Source: Candidatus Hydrogenedentota bacterium
GTDB lineage: Bacteria > Hydrogenedentota > Hydrogenedentia > Hydrogenedentales > Hydrogenedentaceae
NCBI GenBank assembly: GCA_026415215.1
Contig: JAOAHN010000072.1
Location: 2,899-66,898 of the forward strand
Length of the DNA: 64,000 bases
Direction of reading: 5' to 3'
Below are positions 1-8,756 of this stretch, piece by piece. The translations under genes and the position numbers were made by a program. Every line of letters starts with the position of its first letter. Position 1 is the stretch's first letter. Under the pieces are notes generated by a model. It had not been told where the DNA came from and did no database searches. It was given only the letters and a program-made list of their open reading frames with translations.

Positions 1-1
1 A

Positions 2-88
2 TATTCAAAAAAGTTCTTAAAAAAACTTCAAGATCACATATCAAGTCTAATTCTCAAAGGATTAGATCTTTGGAGTGGTAATGTATGA
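2..88 (+). CDS. 3' end of an upstream gene, possibly a TetR/CerR-family regulator (partial)
   Basis: Frame 2 is open from the window edge (YSKKFLKKLQDHISSLILKGLDLWSGNV*). Its TGA overlaps the TolC ATG (ATGA at 85-88). The HI..LILKGL ending and position before an efflux operon resemble TetR-type C-termini. Confidence 0.35.
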   Translation, partial: YSKKFLKKLQDHISSLILKGLDLWSGNV

Positions 89-1521
89 AAATTTGTTTAT
101 TTAAGAAAAAACTTCTTTTCTTTAGACTTATATTTAAATATGGATATAGTCTTTTATTTCTGATTTTTCTATTATTAACCAACTGTGGGACCCTCAATGG
201 TAATACGAAGACCCTAAATAGCATCGATTCAGTATCAAAAGAAATTCAAACCAGGGGGGTGAGCTTGGAGGATGGAGAAAACACTTTATCCCTTGATGAT
301 TGTATTAGGATAGCTTTGAAAAATAATGTTCTAATTAGAACTGCAGAGGTCGAAAAAAAAATATCAAAGCTCGACAAAAATATTGCCTTTTCTAATTTTC
401 TCCCGCAGATAGTTGCTGAATATCAGTTAATAACTTATGATAGACAGCCAATGGTTTCATTATTAGGACCTTTTCCTGTCGCTATGCAAGATAAAACTAT
501 AAGAATGGCTGATATGAGTCTGCAAATGCCAATTTTCGCACCTGCAACTTGGTTTATTTATGATCTGAGGAAAAAGGGGGTGAGTATTTCTAACATTCTG
601 TATGAATACACTTGTCAAATGATTGCTTTTCAAACAACGGTGCTGTACTATCAATTATTACTTCTCTATAACTTGGAAAAAACATTAGAATTCCAATTGA
701 AATCTGTAGATGAATTGAAATCTCAGATTGAGTCATTTTATGAAGAAGGTCTAATAACTCAATCGCAATTAGAAAAAATTCTCCTTCTAAAACAACTGAG
801 AGAACATGACTTAAGTGTATGTAGGTATGAAATCCAGAATGCAAAAGGGAAATTAAACTCAGTGATGGGGATTTTTCCTACTGAAGATATTTCATTGAAA
901 TTTCAAGATCCCATATCCTTGCCCGAGGGAGATTTGGAAGATTGGATTTTGGAATGTTTAGAGAACCACCCACGATTAAAAATTGAAGAGAAAAAAATTG
1001 AGGTAGCAAGTGACCAGGTTAAACTTGCTATCTCTCAGTTTTTGCCTGTGTTAGGTGCTTTTTCCCAATGGCAATATACCTCAAATAGCTTTAATTTCTA
1101 TTCTCAATCAGTTATGAATGGTTTATTTGGAATGTTGACTGTTTTCAATGGTTTTAGAAACATTCAAGAGTATAAAAAAGCAAGACTAACTAAAGAAAAA
1201 ACTTTCATAGAATTAGAAAATACTGTTTTATCCCTCATAGTGGGGATTCTGAGCGCAAAGTCGAACCTGGATAAGGCTATTGAAGACATTAAACTCGCTG
1301 AGAAGGCGCTAATTTATCAAAAAGAATATTTTAGAGAAATCCAGGAGAAGTGGAATGAGGGAGTAGTTAGCGAGGTAGATTTGGTCTCTGCCAAAGCAGA
1401 GTTGGATATTGCCGAAATAAATTTAATGACTGCGAAGATTCAGGAACAGATTGCTCGTGCACTTGTTTGGAACTCTATAGGAAAAACATACAAAGGTAAT
1501 ATACTCACCTCAGTACCGTAA
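85..1521 (+). CDS. TolC-family outer membrane efflux protein (probable lipoprotein)
   Basis: LSLDDCIRIALKNN start motif, two OEP-like repeats (SNFLPQI / SQFLPVL), lipobox-like LLTNC; first gene of the OMF-MFP-RND triad. Confidence 0.9.
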   Translation: MKICLFKKKLLFFRLIFKYGYSLLFLIFLLLTNCGTLNGNTKTLNSIDSVSKEIQTRGVSLEDGENTLSLDDCIRIALKNNVLIRTAEVEKKISKLDKNIAFSNFLPQIVAEYQLITYDRQPMVSLLGPFPVAMQDKTIRMADMSLQMPIFAPATWFIYDLRKKGVSISNILYEYTCQMIAFQTTVLYYQLLLLYNLEKTLEFQLKSVDELKSQIESFYEEGLITQSQLEKILLLKQLREHDLSVCRYEIQNAKGKLNSVMGIFPTEDISLKFQDPISLPEGDLEDWILECLENHPRLKIEEKKIEVASDQVKLAISQFLPVLGAFSQWQYTSNSFNFYSQSVMNGLFGMLTVFNGFRNIQEYKKARLTKEKTFIELENTVLSLIVGILSAKSNLDKAIEDIKLAEKALIYQKEYFREIQEKWNEGVVSEVDLVSAKAELDIAEINLMTAKIQEQIARALVWNSIGKTYKGNILTSVP

Positions 1522-1539
1522 CAGTGGAGGTATAACTTT

Positions 1540-2730
1540 ATGAAATTTACTACTATAATGAATATCTACTTAATTCTAATCTTCATGCAAGTTTTTTGTT
1601 TTATCCAATTAGCTGGTTGTGATACTTCAAAAGCTCTTGCCCAGAAAGATAGTAAAGAAGAGGCTTTTCCTGTAAAAACTACCACCGTTTCGAAAAGAAC
1701 TTTCAAGAAGACCGTTCTCGTTCAAGGTAATATAGACACAAAAGAGCATGCTGTAGTATCGGCAAGGATTGACGGTGTTCTTACGGACTTATTTGTAGAT
1801 AAAGGTGACGAAGTTATTGCAAACCAAACACCTCTTTTCCAAGTGGACAAAGTTAAAGTAGAGCAGGCGCTTGGGATAGCGAAGCAAGACCTTGCAGTGG
1901 CTAAAGCGGGACTTAAACAGGCTGAGGCAAATCTTGCAAGTATGCAAGCCCAATTCGAAAAAGCAAAGGTAGATTATGAGAGGTTTCAAAGACTATATGA
2001 AAAGAAAGCAGTTTCGAAAGATGCTTTAGAATTGCAAGAGACAAGGTATAAGGCAACTAAAGCGGGATTAGAACATGCGGAGGCGTTGCTTCAACTTGCT
2101 CAGGAACAACTTAAGAAAGCAGAGTATGCGGTGAAAATAGCGGAGAAAACTTACTCAGACTCTTTGGTATATGCTCCAATATCGGGGAAGGTAAGTTATA
2201 AGTTTATAGAAAAGAATGAATTCGTTGGGGGAGGTAGACCTGTGCTAAAAATAGATAATCCTACAGTTCTCGAAGCATGTGCATTTCTCCCTGTTGAGGT
2301 TTACAGTTCAGTAGAGTTAAATAGAACTGTAGCAAAACTATATTTGTCTGGAAGAGAAATAGGAGATTTTCCTATTACATATAAGAGCCCAACAGTTTTG
2401 CCCACTCTGAGAACCTTCGAAGTAAAAGTGTTAATTACTAATCCTGTGCCTGAAATGATTCCAGGGACTATGATAGATGTTGAAGTAATTTTAGAAGAGA
2501 GGCAAAACTTAGGGGTTCCCAAGGAAAGCGTCGTCGCTACAACTACAGAGAAGTATGTTTTTAAGTCAGTAGATAATAAAGCTTTGAAAACTTTAATAGA
2601 AACAGGGTTTGAAACTGATGGCTGGGTTGAGGTTATTAGTGGAGAATTGAGGGAAGGTGATAAGGTGATTTCAATGGGACAAAATTTCATTAAGGATGGC
2701 CAAACTATACAGATTCTCTCAGAGGAGTAA
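1540..2730 (+). CDS. RND efflux periplasmic adaptor (membrane fusion protein)
   Basis: Lipoyl halves VSARIDG...VDKGDEV and VYAPISG flank a long alpha-hairpin; LAGC lipobox; C-terminal GELREGDKVI. Confidence 0.93.
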   Translation: MKFTTIMNIYLILIFMQVFCFIQLAGCDTSKALAQKDSKEEAFPVKTTTVSKRTFKKTVLVQGNIDTKEHAVVSARIDGVLTDLFVDKGDEVIANQTPLFQVDKVKVEQALGIAKQDLAVAKAGLKQAEANLASMQAQFEKAKVDYERFQRLYEKKAVSKDALELQETRYKATKAGLEHAEALLQLAQEQLKKAEYAVKIAEKTYSDSLVYAPISGKVSYKFIEKNEFVGGGRPVLKIDNPTVLEACAFLPVEVYSSVELNRTVAKLYLSGREIGDFPITYKSPTVLPTLRTFEVKVLITNPVPEMIPGTMIDVEVILEERQNLGVPKESVVATTTEKYVFKSVDNKALKTLIETGFETDGWVEVISGELREGDKVISMGQNFIKDGQTIQILSEE

Positions 2731-2736
2731 TTGATA

Positions 2737-5700
2737 ATGAGCCTTCCAGAATTATCGGTTCGAAGACCTGTAGCAATGTCCTGTCTTTTCATAGGATTGA
2801 CATTTTTAGGGATAGATGCCTATTTTCGGATGGGATTGGAGTTTTTTCCCAAGGTAGATGTTCCCTATGTTACCGTAGTTACTGTTTATCCGGGAGCAGG
2901 TCCAGAAGAGATAGAATCCGATATAGCAAGAAAGATTGAAGATGCGGTGGTTACCATAGACGGACTGAAACATGTTACTTCTACCTGTATGGAGAATGTA
3001 TGCCAAACACTGCTTGAATTTAATTTAAATGTTGATGTCGATGTTGCTGCATACGATGTCAGAGAGAAACTTGACTTAATTACTAACGAATTTCCCGAAG
3101 GCACAGAAAAACCAAAGGTTTTGAAGTTTGACATTAATGCGGTCCCGATTATAGATCTTGCCTTGACAGGAAATCTACCTGTAGAAGAAATTTATGATTA
3201 TGCCGACAACGAACTCAAGGATAAACTCACCACGATAGAGGGTGTGGCGAGTGTAGAACTAATTGGGGGCAATAAAAGGGAGGTGCATGTTTTATTAGAC
3301 AGAAAAAAACTTTCCGCGAGGGGATTAACCTCCTTAGACATAGTTGAGGCTATTCAAAAAGGAGTAAAGTTAATTCCTTCAGGAAGAGTAAAAGAGACTA
3401 AAACAGAGTATTCTGTCAAGTTCGATGCTGAGTATTCTCAGCTTGAAGCACTTGAATCACTGCCTTTGAAAGCTAAAGACGGGTCTCGATGTTATCTAAA
3501 GGATGTGGGGAAAATAGTGTTCTCATCCAAAGAACTTCGGCAAACTGCTTATATCGACACAAAACCTTGTGTGAACATAAGGGTGGTTAAGAAAGCAGAG
3601 GCAAATGCCTTAAGAGTCGTGAACGCAGTAAAATTGGCCGTGGAAAATATAAGGAAAACATTACCTGCGGAGTTAGACTTAATATGGGTTAATGACGACG
3701 GTTTGTTCATTCAATCTACAGTCGATAGCACAATATCAAATATATTCCAAGGAATTATCTTAACCGCCATAATCTTGTTTTTCTTCTTGTATAACTTCAG
3801 ATTAACTTTTATAGTAGGAATTACAATGCCCTTAACAATAATAATAGGGCTCTTTTTTATCAAATTGCTTGGATATACCCTTAATGTTAGTACTTTAATA
3901 TCACTTGGGCTTTCTGTAGGAATTCTTGTAACTAACTCCATAGTTGTTCTCGAAAGTATAATGTCAGAATTCGCCACAAGTAGAGACGCTAAAAATGCTG
4001 CTATCAATGGTGCAAACAAGGTTTTTATTGCTGTTCTCGCAAGCGCTGGCACTAATCTTGTAGTGCTTTTTCCCGTAGCTACTATGGGTTCCCAAGTCGG
4101 CTTATTTATGGCACCATTTGCTTGGACAATGATAATCGTTACAGCTGTGTCCTTATTCATTTCGTTTACTTTGACACCTCTTCTTGCCTCCATATTGTTA
4201 AAACCATCTAAAGAGGTTGGTTTTTTAGTTACTCTCGCTAATGCATTTGATACAGTGTTAGATAAAATTAAAAACGCCTATGAAAATATACTTAGGATTT
4301 TTGAGCAGAGGAAAACATTGGCGGTTATCTTCACAATTGTAGTAATAGGCATGTTTATCCATGCTTTTTTTCTGATACCTAAAGTTGGATTTGGTTTTTT
4401 TGAAGAACCTGATCGAGGTACTGTGATAGTAAGATTGGAGTACCCTACGAATTATAACTTAAACACTACCATTGAAAGAGTGAAAGAAGTAGAGAGTAAA
4501 TTAAGAGATTTACCGTATTTAAAACACATCTTATCTACGGTAGGCAAGGTTCAAGGAATCATAGGTCAAAGTTCAGAGGGAGTTTACCTCGCCCAAATAT
4601 TATTGGTGTTTGATGAGAAGACTAAAAGACCTGAATATTCTATTCATAGAATTAAGGACCTCGTTAGAGAAAGACTGAGAAAACATTTAGATTGTCAAAT
4701 TAGGGTAGGAACGCCAACTGCGGTTGGAGGCATGAGTGTTCCGATTGAATTAGAAATTTCTGGAGAAGATAGAGAAGAAATAAGAAAAATTACCACTACT
4801 ATTAAGGAACATGCTCACGAAGTGCCAGGGTTATTAGATGTTGATACAAGCATAAGGATAGGTAGACCCGAGATTAGAGTGTTGCCTAATAAACCTCTCC
4901 TAACTGACCTTAATATTCCACCCATAGTTGTTGGGATGCTTATGAGAGGAAATTTAGAAGGGATAACGGCGGGTGTGTTCAAGAAGAGTGGAAGGAGCTA
5001 CGATATAGTAGTGAAAATGGAAGAAGAATTGGGTAAAGAACAGGTAGAAAGTTTTCTACTTCCTGGCGCTCCAGGAATGCCAATTACGCTATCCTCCGTT
5101 GCAAAAATAGAAGAGAGCAAAGCCCCCGTGGCACTTTATAGAAAGAATAAGAAAAGGATAGAAAAGTTATTTGCAACTCTTGTCCCCGGAAAGCCTCTCG
5201 GAACAGCAGTAGATGAGCTTACTCAAATCATTCGAAAATATGTGGAACTTCCGCCCGGCTATGATTTTTACTACTTCGGTGAATACGAGGTGATGGTAGA
5301 AGCCCAAGTAGAGTTCGCGAGGGCAGGTATCATCGCCATTGTTTTGGTGATACTTACTTTGTCTGCCATCCTTGAGTCATTTAAACAACCTTTCTTTATA
5401 CTCGTAACTCTTCCACTTGGACTAATAGGGGTTATATGGGCACTGTATCTTACAGGTTATTCTCTTTCAATGTTCGTATTGCTTGGCTTGGTGATGTTAT
5501 CAGGAATAGTTGTTAACAATGCCATATTGATTATTGACAGACTGAATCAACTCGTTGCTTCCGGAGTACAGAGACATAAAGCAATGATTCAGTCAGCAAA
5601 GGAACAATTTAGACCAATACTTATGATTACTCTCGCAGCCATTGCAGGAATGCTTCCACTTGCTTTGGGTAGAGGTATAGGTAGTGAAATTAGAACTGAC

Positions 5701-5820
5701 TTAGGATTTGCAAGCATTGGGGGAATAGCAATAAGTGGACTTCTCACACTTGTAGTTATACCCATATTGTATGACTTATTCACAAGAGGCAAAATTGAAA
5801 AAAACCAGGATAATAAATAA
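2737..5820 (+). CDS. RND (AcrB/AcrD/AcrF family) transporter with non-canonical transmembrane relay residues
   Basis: SVRRPV start, YPGAGPEEIE, SFTLTPLL, FRPILM, about 1030 aa with 12-TM layout. GAGGAG SD at 2722-2727 favours ATG 2737. Confidence 0.95.
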   Translation: MSLPELSVRRPVAMSCLFIGLTFLGIDAYFRMGLEFFPKVDVPYVTVVTVYPGAGPEEIESDIARKIEDAVVTIDGLKHVTSTCMENVCQTLLEFNLNVDVDVAAYDVREKLDLITNEFPEGTEKPKVLKFDINAVPIIDLALTGNLPVEEIYDYADNELKDKLTTIEGVASVELIGGNKREVHVLLDRKKLSARGLTSLDIVEAIQKGVKLIPSGRVKETKTEYSVKFDAEYSQLEALESLPLKAKDGSRCYLKDVGKIVFSSKELRQTAYIDTKPCVNIRVVKKAEANALRVVNAVKLAVENIRKTLPAELDLIWVNDDGLFIQSTVDSTISNIFQGIILTAIILFFFLYNFRLTFIVGITMPLTIIIGLFFIKLLGYTLNVSTLISLGLSVGILVTNSIVVLESIMSEFATSRDAKNAAINGANKVFIAVLASAGTNLVVLFPVATMGSQVGLFMAPFAWTMIIVTAVSLFISFTLTPLLASILLKPSKEVGFLVTLANAFDTVLDKIKNAYENILRIFEQRKTLAVIFTIVVIGMFIHAFFLIPKVGFGFFEEPDRGTVIVRLEYPTNYNLNTTIERVKEVESKLRDLPYLKHILSTVGKVQGIIGQSSEGVYLAQILLVFDEKTKRPEYSIHRIKDLVRERLRKHLDCQIRVGTPTAVGGMSVPIELEISGEDREEIRKITTTIKEHAHEVPGLLDVDTSIRIGRPEIRVLPNKPLLTDLNIPPIVVGMLMRGNLEGITAGVFKKSGRSYDIVVKMEEELGKEQVESFLLPGAPGMPITLSSVAKIEESKAPVALYRKNKKRIEKLFATLVPGKPLGTAVDELTQIIRKYVELPPGYDFYYFGEYEVMVEAQVEFARAGIIAIVLVILTLSAILESFKQPFFILVTLPLGLIGVIWALYLTGYSLSMFVLLGLVMLSGIVVNNAILIIDRLNQLVASGVQRHKAMIQSAKEQFRPILMITLAAIAGMLPLALGRGIGSEIRTDLGFASIGGIAISGLLTLVVIPILYDLFTRGKIEKNQDNK

Positions 5821-7657
5821 TAGTGGTGCACTGTTCCGTAAAGTTAAACTTCTTCACAATATACTTTTTTTGGGGTATGCTTTATTCTCATTAAGTACTA
5901 ATTTTAATTCGTGGGGCGCCTCCGAGTTTCCGTCTTCTTGTTTTGGTAACATTTACAAGTGGAAGTCCTCCTCTAATGATTTGGTTATAACACCTTGTTT
6001 AGATTCGCAGGGGAAAACCTATTTCAAGATTAAACCCAAAGATGAATACTTAAATAAATGGAATCTCTTTTTTCTTCAAATTCCCCTGTCTCCGAATGAA
6101 ATTAAAGTGCTCAAATTGAGTATTCAAGTTAAGGCATATATGAGAATTTTAAAAATTAAAGATTCTATTGGTGCTGGTGTCTCTATTCATTTCCTAAATG
6201 CTCAAAATGAGAGAATTGAAACTATCGAAGAAAGACTTACGGAGCCAACAGAATTTTTCGTTCCTATTACCCTCTATTCCCAAATAACTCCAAATACTTC
6301 TACTTTGAGAATAGCTATATTTCTTCACCAAAGTGTCGAAGTAGAGGTATACGAACCACAAGTCTCTATCTTTCAAACTGAAGACAAAAATAGAGAAGTT
6401 TTAATAGAAGAACTTCCAAATAGAAAATACAAACTCATTGGTTTTGGAGTAGAAGACGATGGAAGATTTTATGATTCTCAAAATAGACAGTTAGGAGTAG
6501 ACAAAAAAGGAGAATTATTGCGGGTAAATAGGCTAAATCATTTAACCCCTCATTGGGTTAGAACATTTGTCTGGTTTAAGGAATGGTCTCCCAATGAGGA
6601 TGGAGAAACTTTTACATGGAATAGCGACGGTATATTAAGCTTATGCAAAACTCTTGAATATTACCAGAGCAACAAAATTCCAGTGAATCTTACCTGTGTT
6701 ACATGGGGTATGGAAAATCCTTGGGACAACCCAGAGGTTAGAATCAAAGAAATCATTGCCTTGCTCAAATATCTTAAAAAGGAAAAAAGGTTTACCTGTA
6801 TAAAATATTTTACTCTGACGAATGAACCCAACTATTTCTTTAATTCCAATAATAGATTTGAGAAATTTGTTGATTACCACTGTAAGCTTAGCATGGAGTT
6901 CAAGAAGAATAAATTAGATATAGAGTTAATAGGAAGTGATGACGCAATGGGAACCGATTGGTTCTGTAAGTGTCTATCAAGAAAGTCTTATCGCTCCTGT
7001 GTTGAACTATGGGCTTCTCACTTTTATTGGAATTACACTGTTGTTCCATACGCTAATCATCTATTTGAAGAAAGGATTAACCTTTTAAGGAAGCACTATA
7101 GGAATAGCCAACCATCATTCATTGTTACCGAATTCGGAATTACCGACTCGAGATTCCGGCCTCCATTTAATAATCCACTTATGCAAGAATTTGATGGTGC
7201 CCTATATACTGTATCAACCATAATAGATGGATTAAATGCCGGGGTAACCGGATTTAATATCTGGTGTCTTCAGGAAGTCGCTTATCCTGGAGGGAAGGAC
7301 GCTATTATGCGCATAGGTCTTTGGGGATATGCTGATAAAAATTGGCAGATATTCCCCGTTTACCATGCCCTGGCTATGTTTACAAGAAACACAAAGCCTG
7401 GAGATATGATAAATCCCCTTCATTCTTCTTCTCCAGAGTTGTTTAAATCTGTAAAGATTGGGGCAAATACCTTTTTCGCTAATATTGGAACCAAAGAGTT
7501 AATCCTAATACTTTCGAAATCTCGAGAGTATAAATTAGTATGGGTCTACGAAAGCTATCCTAATAATCTATATAAGTTAAAGAAGAAAAAAGTTGAGATT
7601 TCTAACGAAAAATCAATCCTTGTTCCTCCCCGAAGCTTCGGATATCTATCAGAGTGA
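5771..7657 (+). CDS. Secreted clan GH-A glycoside hydrolase (GH30/GH39/GH5-like) with N-terminal beta-sandwich/CBM-like domain
   Basis: Acid/base TNEP and nucleophile IVTEFG motifs; signal-like hydrophobic stretch. True start is uncertain (possibly CTG at 5831). Confidence 0.7.
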   Translation: MTYSQEAKLKKTRIINNSGALFRKVKLLHNILFLGYALFSLSTNFNSWGASEFPSSCFGNIYKWKSSSNDLVITPCLDSQGKTYFKIKPKDEYLNKWNLFFLQIPLSPNEIKVLKLSIQVKAYMRILKIKDSIGAGVSIHFLNAQNERIETIEERLTEPTEFFVPITLYSQITPNTSTLRIAIFLHQSVEVEVYEPQVSIFQTEDKNREVLIEELPNRKYKLIGFGVEDDGRFYDSQNRQLGVDKKGELLRVNRLNHLTPHWVRTFVWFKEWSPNEDGETFTWNSDGILSLCKTLEYYQSNKIPVNLTCVTWGMENPWDNPEVRIKEIIALLKYLKKEKRFTCIKYFTLTNEPNYFFNSNNRFEKFVDYHCKLSMEFKKNKLDIELIGSDDAMGTDWFCKCLSRKSYRSCVELWASHFYWNYTVVPYANHLFEERINLLRKHYRNSQPSFIVTEFGITDSRFRPPFNNPLMQEFDGALYTVSTIIDGLNAGVTGFNIWCLQEVAYPGGKDAIMRIGLWGYADKNWQIFPVYHALAMFTRNTKPGDMINPLHSSSPELFKSVKIGANTFFANIGTKELILILSKSREYKLVWVYESYPNNLYKLKKKKVEISNEKSILVPPRSFGYLSE

Positions 7658-7669
7658 AAATAGTAGTTT

Positions 7670-8746
7670 TTAGTCCAAAACTATGAGATTTTTCTCAAAA
7701 TTGGTTAAGATTTCACAACCCTCTTCTGTTATCACAACTGTATCTTCGATTCTTACTCCGCCCTTGCCAGGTAAGTAAATTCCCGGTTCTATAGTAACCA
7801 CTACTCCTGATTTTAAATTAGAATTGCTATCTTTGTTCAGGCGGGGAAGTTCGTGTATTTCTAATCCTACTCCGTGCCCTAATCCATGTCCAAAAAACAT
7901 CCCAAAACCTCTTTTTGCTATACACCTTCGTGCTTCGTAGTCTATTTCTTTACACGAAACATCATCCTTTAGAAATTTTAATGCATTTGATTGTGCCTCC
8001 TTGGTAATTTGATATATATTTTCAAACCATACTCCGGGAATTGCTCCAAAAACGAATGTTCGTGTTATATCAGAGTGGTAACCTTTGTAAACACATCCAC
8101 AATCAATCAATATTACATCTCCGGGTTTTAACTTATTGTCAGAAGGCTTGCCATGGGGAAGGGAAGACTTTGCTCCAAAAAGAACAATAGTATCGAATCC
8201 TATCGCCTCCGCACCGTTTAATTTAAATTGATATTCTATATATCCTGCAATTTCTCTTTCCGAAATACCTTCTCTCACTATTCCTAAGGCTTTCTCAAGG
8301 CTTGTGTAAGTAATCTCACAAGCTTTTTTAATGAGAGAAATCTCATTATTATCTTTTATCATTCTCATAGATGAGATATCATCATCTACTCTATAAATTT
8401 CAAAATCTTCACTTTTGAGTCTTTCATAAAACCTAAGATTAGTTTTCTCTGAAATAATGGCAAGTTTTTTTAACCTGGAGTCCTTTAAAAATGCTATAAC
8501 TTCCTCCTCTAAGTTTTTACTTACGATACGAATTGAAAAATTTCTAACCTCTGTATATACCTGTTCTTCGTAGCGGAAATCGGTAAATATCAAATTTCCA
8601 AAAGTCCCTATCACTAAACAAGAAGTGGAGCCAGTAAAGCCAGAAAAATATCTATTTTCTACGGCCGAAAAATTGACAAAAGCATCACACTTATTTTTCT
8701 GTAATATCTCTCTTAGTTTACTTAACCTACCATCAATAGAATTCAT
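7670..8746 (-). CDS. Xaa-Pro aminopeptidase/dipeptidase (M24B)
   Basis: DCG, SDITRT, HGLGHGVGLEIHE, TIEPG, RIED metal ligands; creatinase-type N-domain. Confidence 0.95.
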   Translation of the reverse strand: MNSIDGRLSKLREILQKNKCDAFVNFSAVENRYFSGFTGSTSCLVIGTFGNLIFTDFRYEEQVYTEVRNFSIRIVSKNLEEEVIAFLKDSRLKKLAIISEKTNLRFYERLKSEDFEIYRVDDDISSMRMIKDNNEISLIKKACEITYTSLEKALGIVREGISEREIAGYIEYQFKLNGAEAIGFDTIVLFGAKSSLPHGKPSDNKLKPGDVILIDCGCVYKGYHSDITRTFVFGAIPGVWFENIYQITKEAQSNALKFLKDDVSCKEIDYEARRCIAKRGFGMFFGHGLGHGVGLEIHELPRLNKDSNSNLKSGVVVTIEPGIYLPGKGGVRIEDTVVITEEGCEILTNFEKNLIVLD

Positions 8747-8756
8747 AACTACCCCT

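Noticed and set aside
2301-4193. Minus-strand ORFs of 163 and 160 aa, and similar ones at 9277-9759, 27712-28098, 50844-51266 and 62504-62980
   Set aside because: They lie antisense to well-supported genes and have the typical shadow-frame composition.
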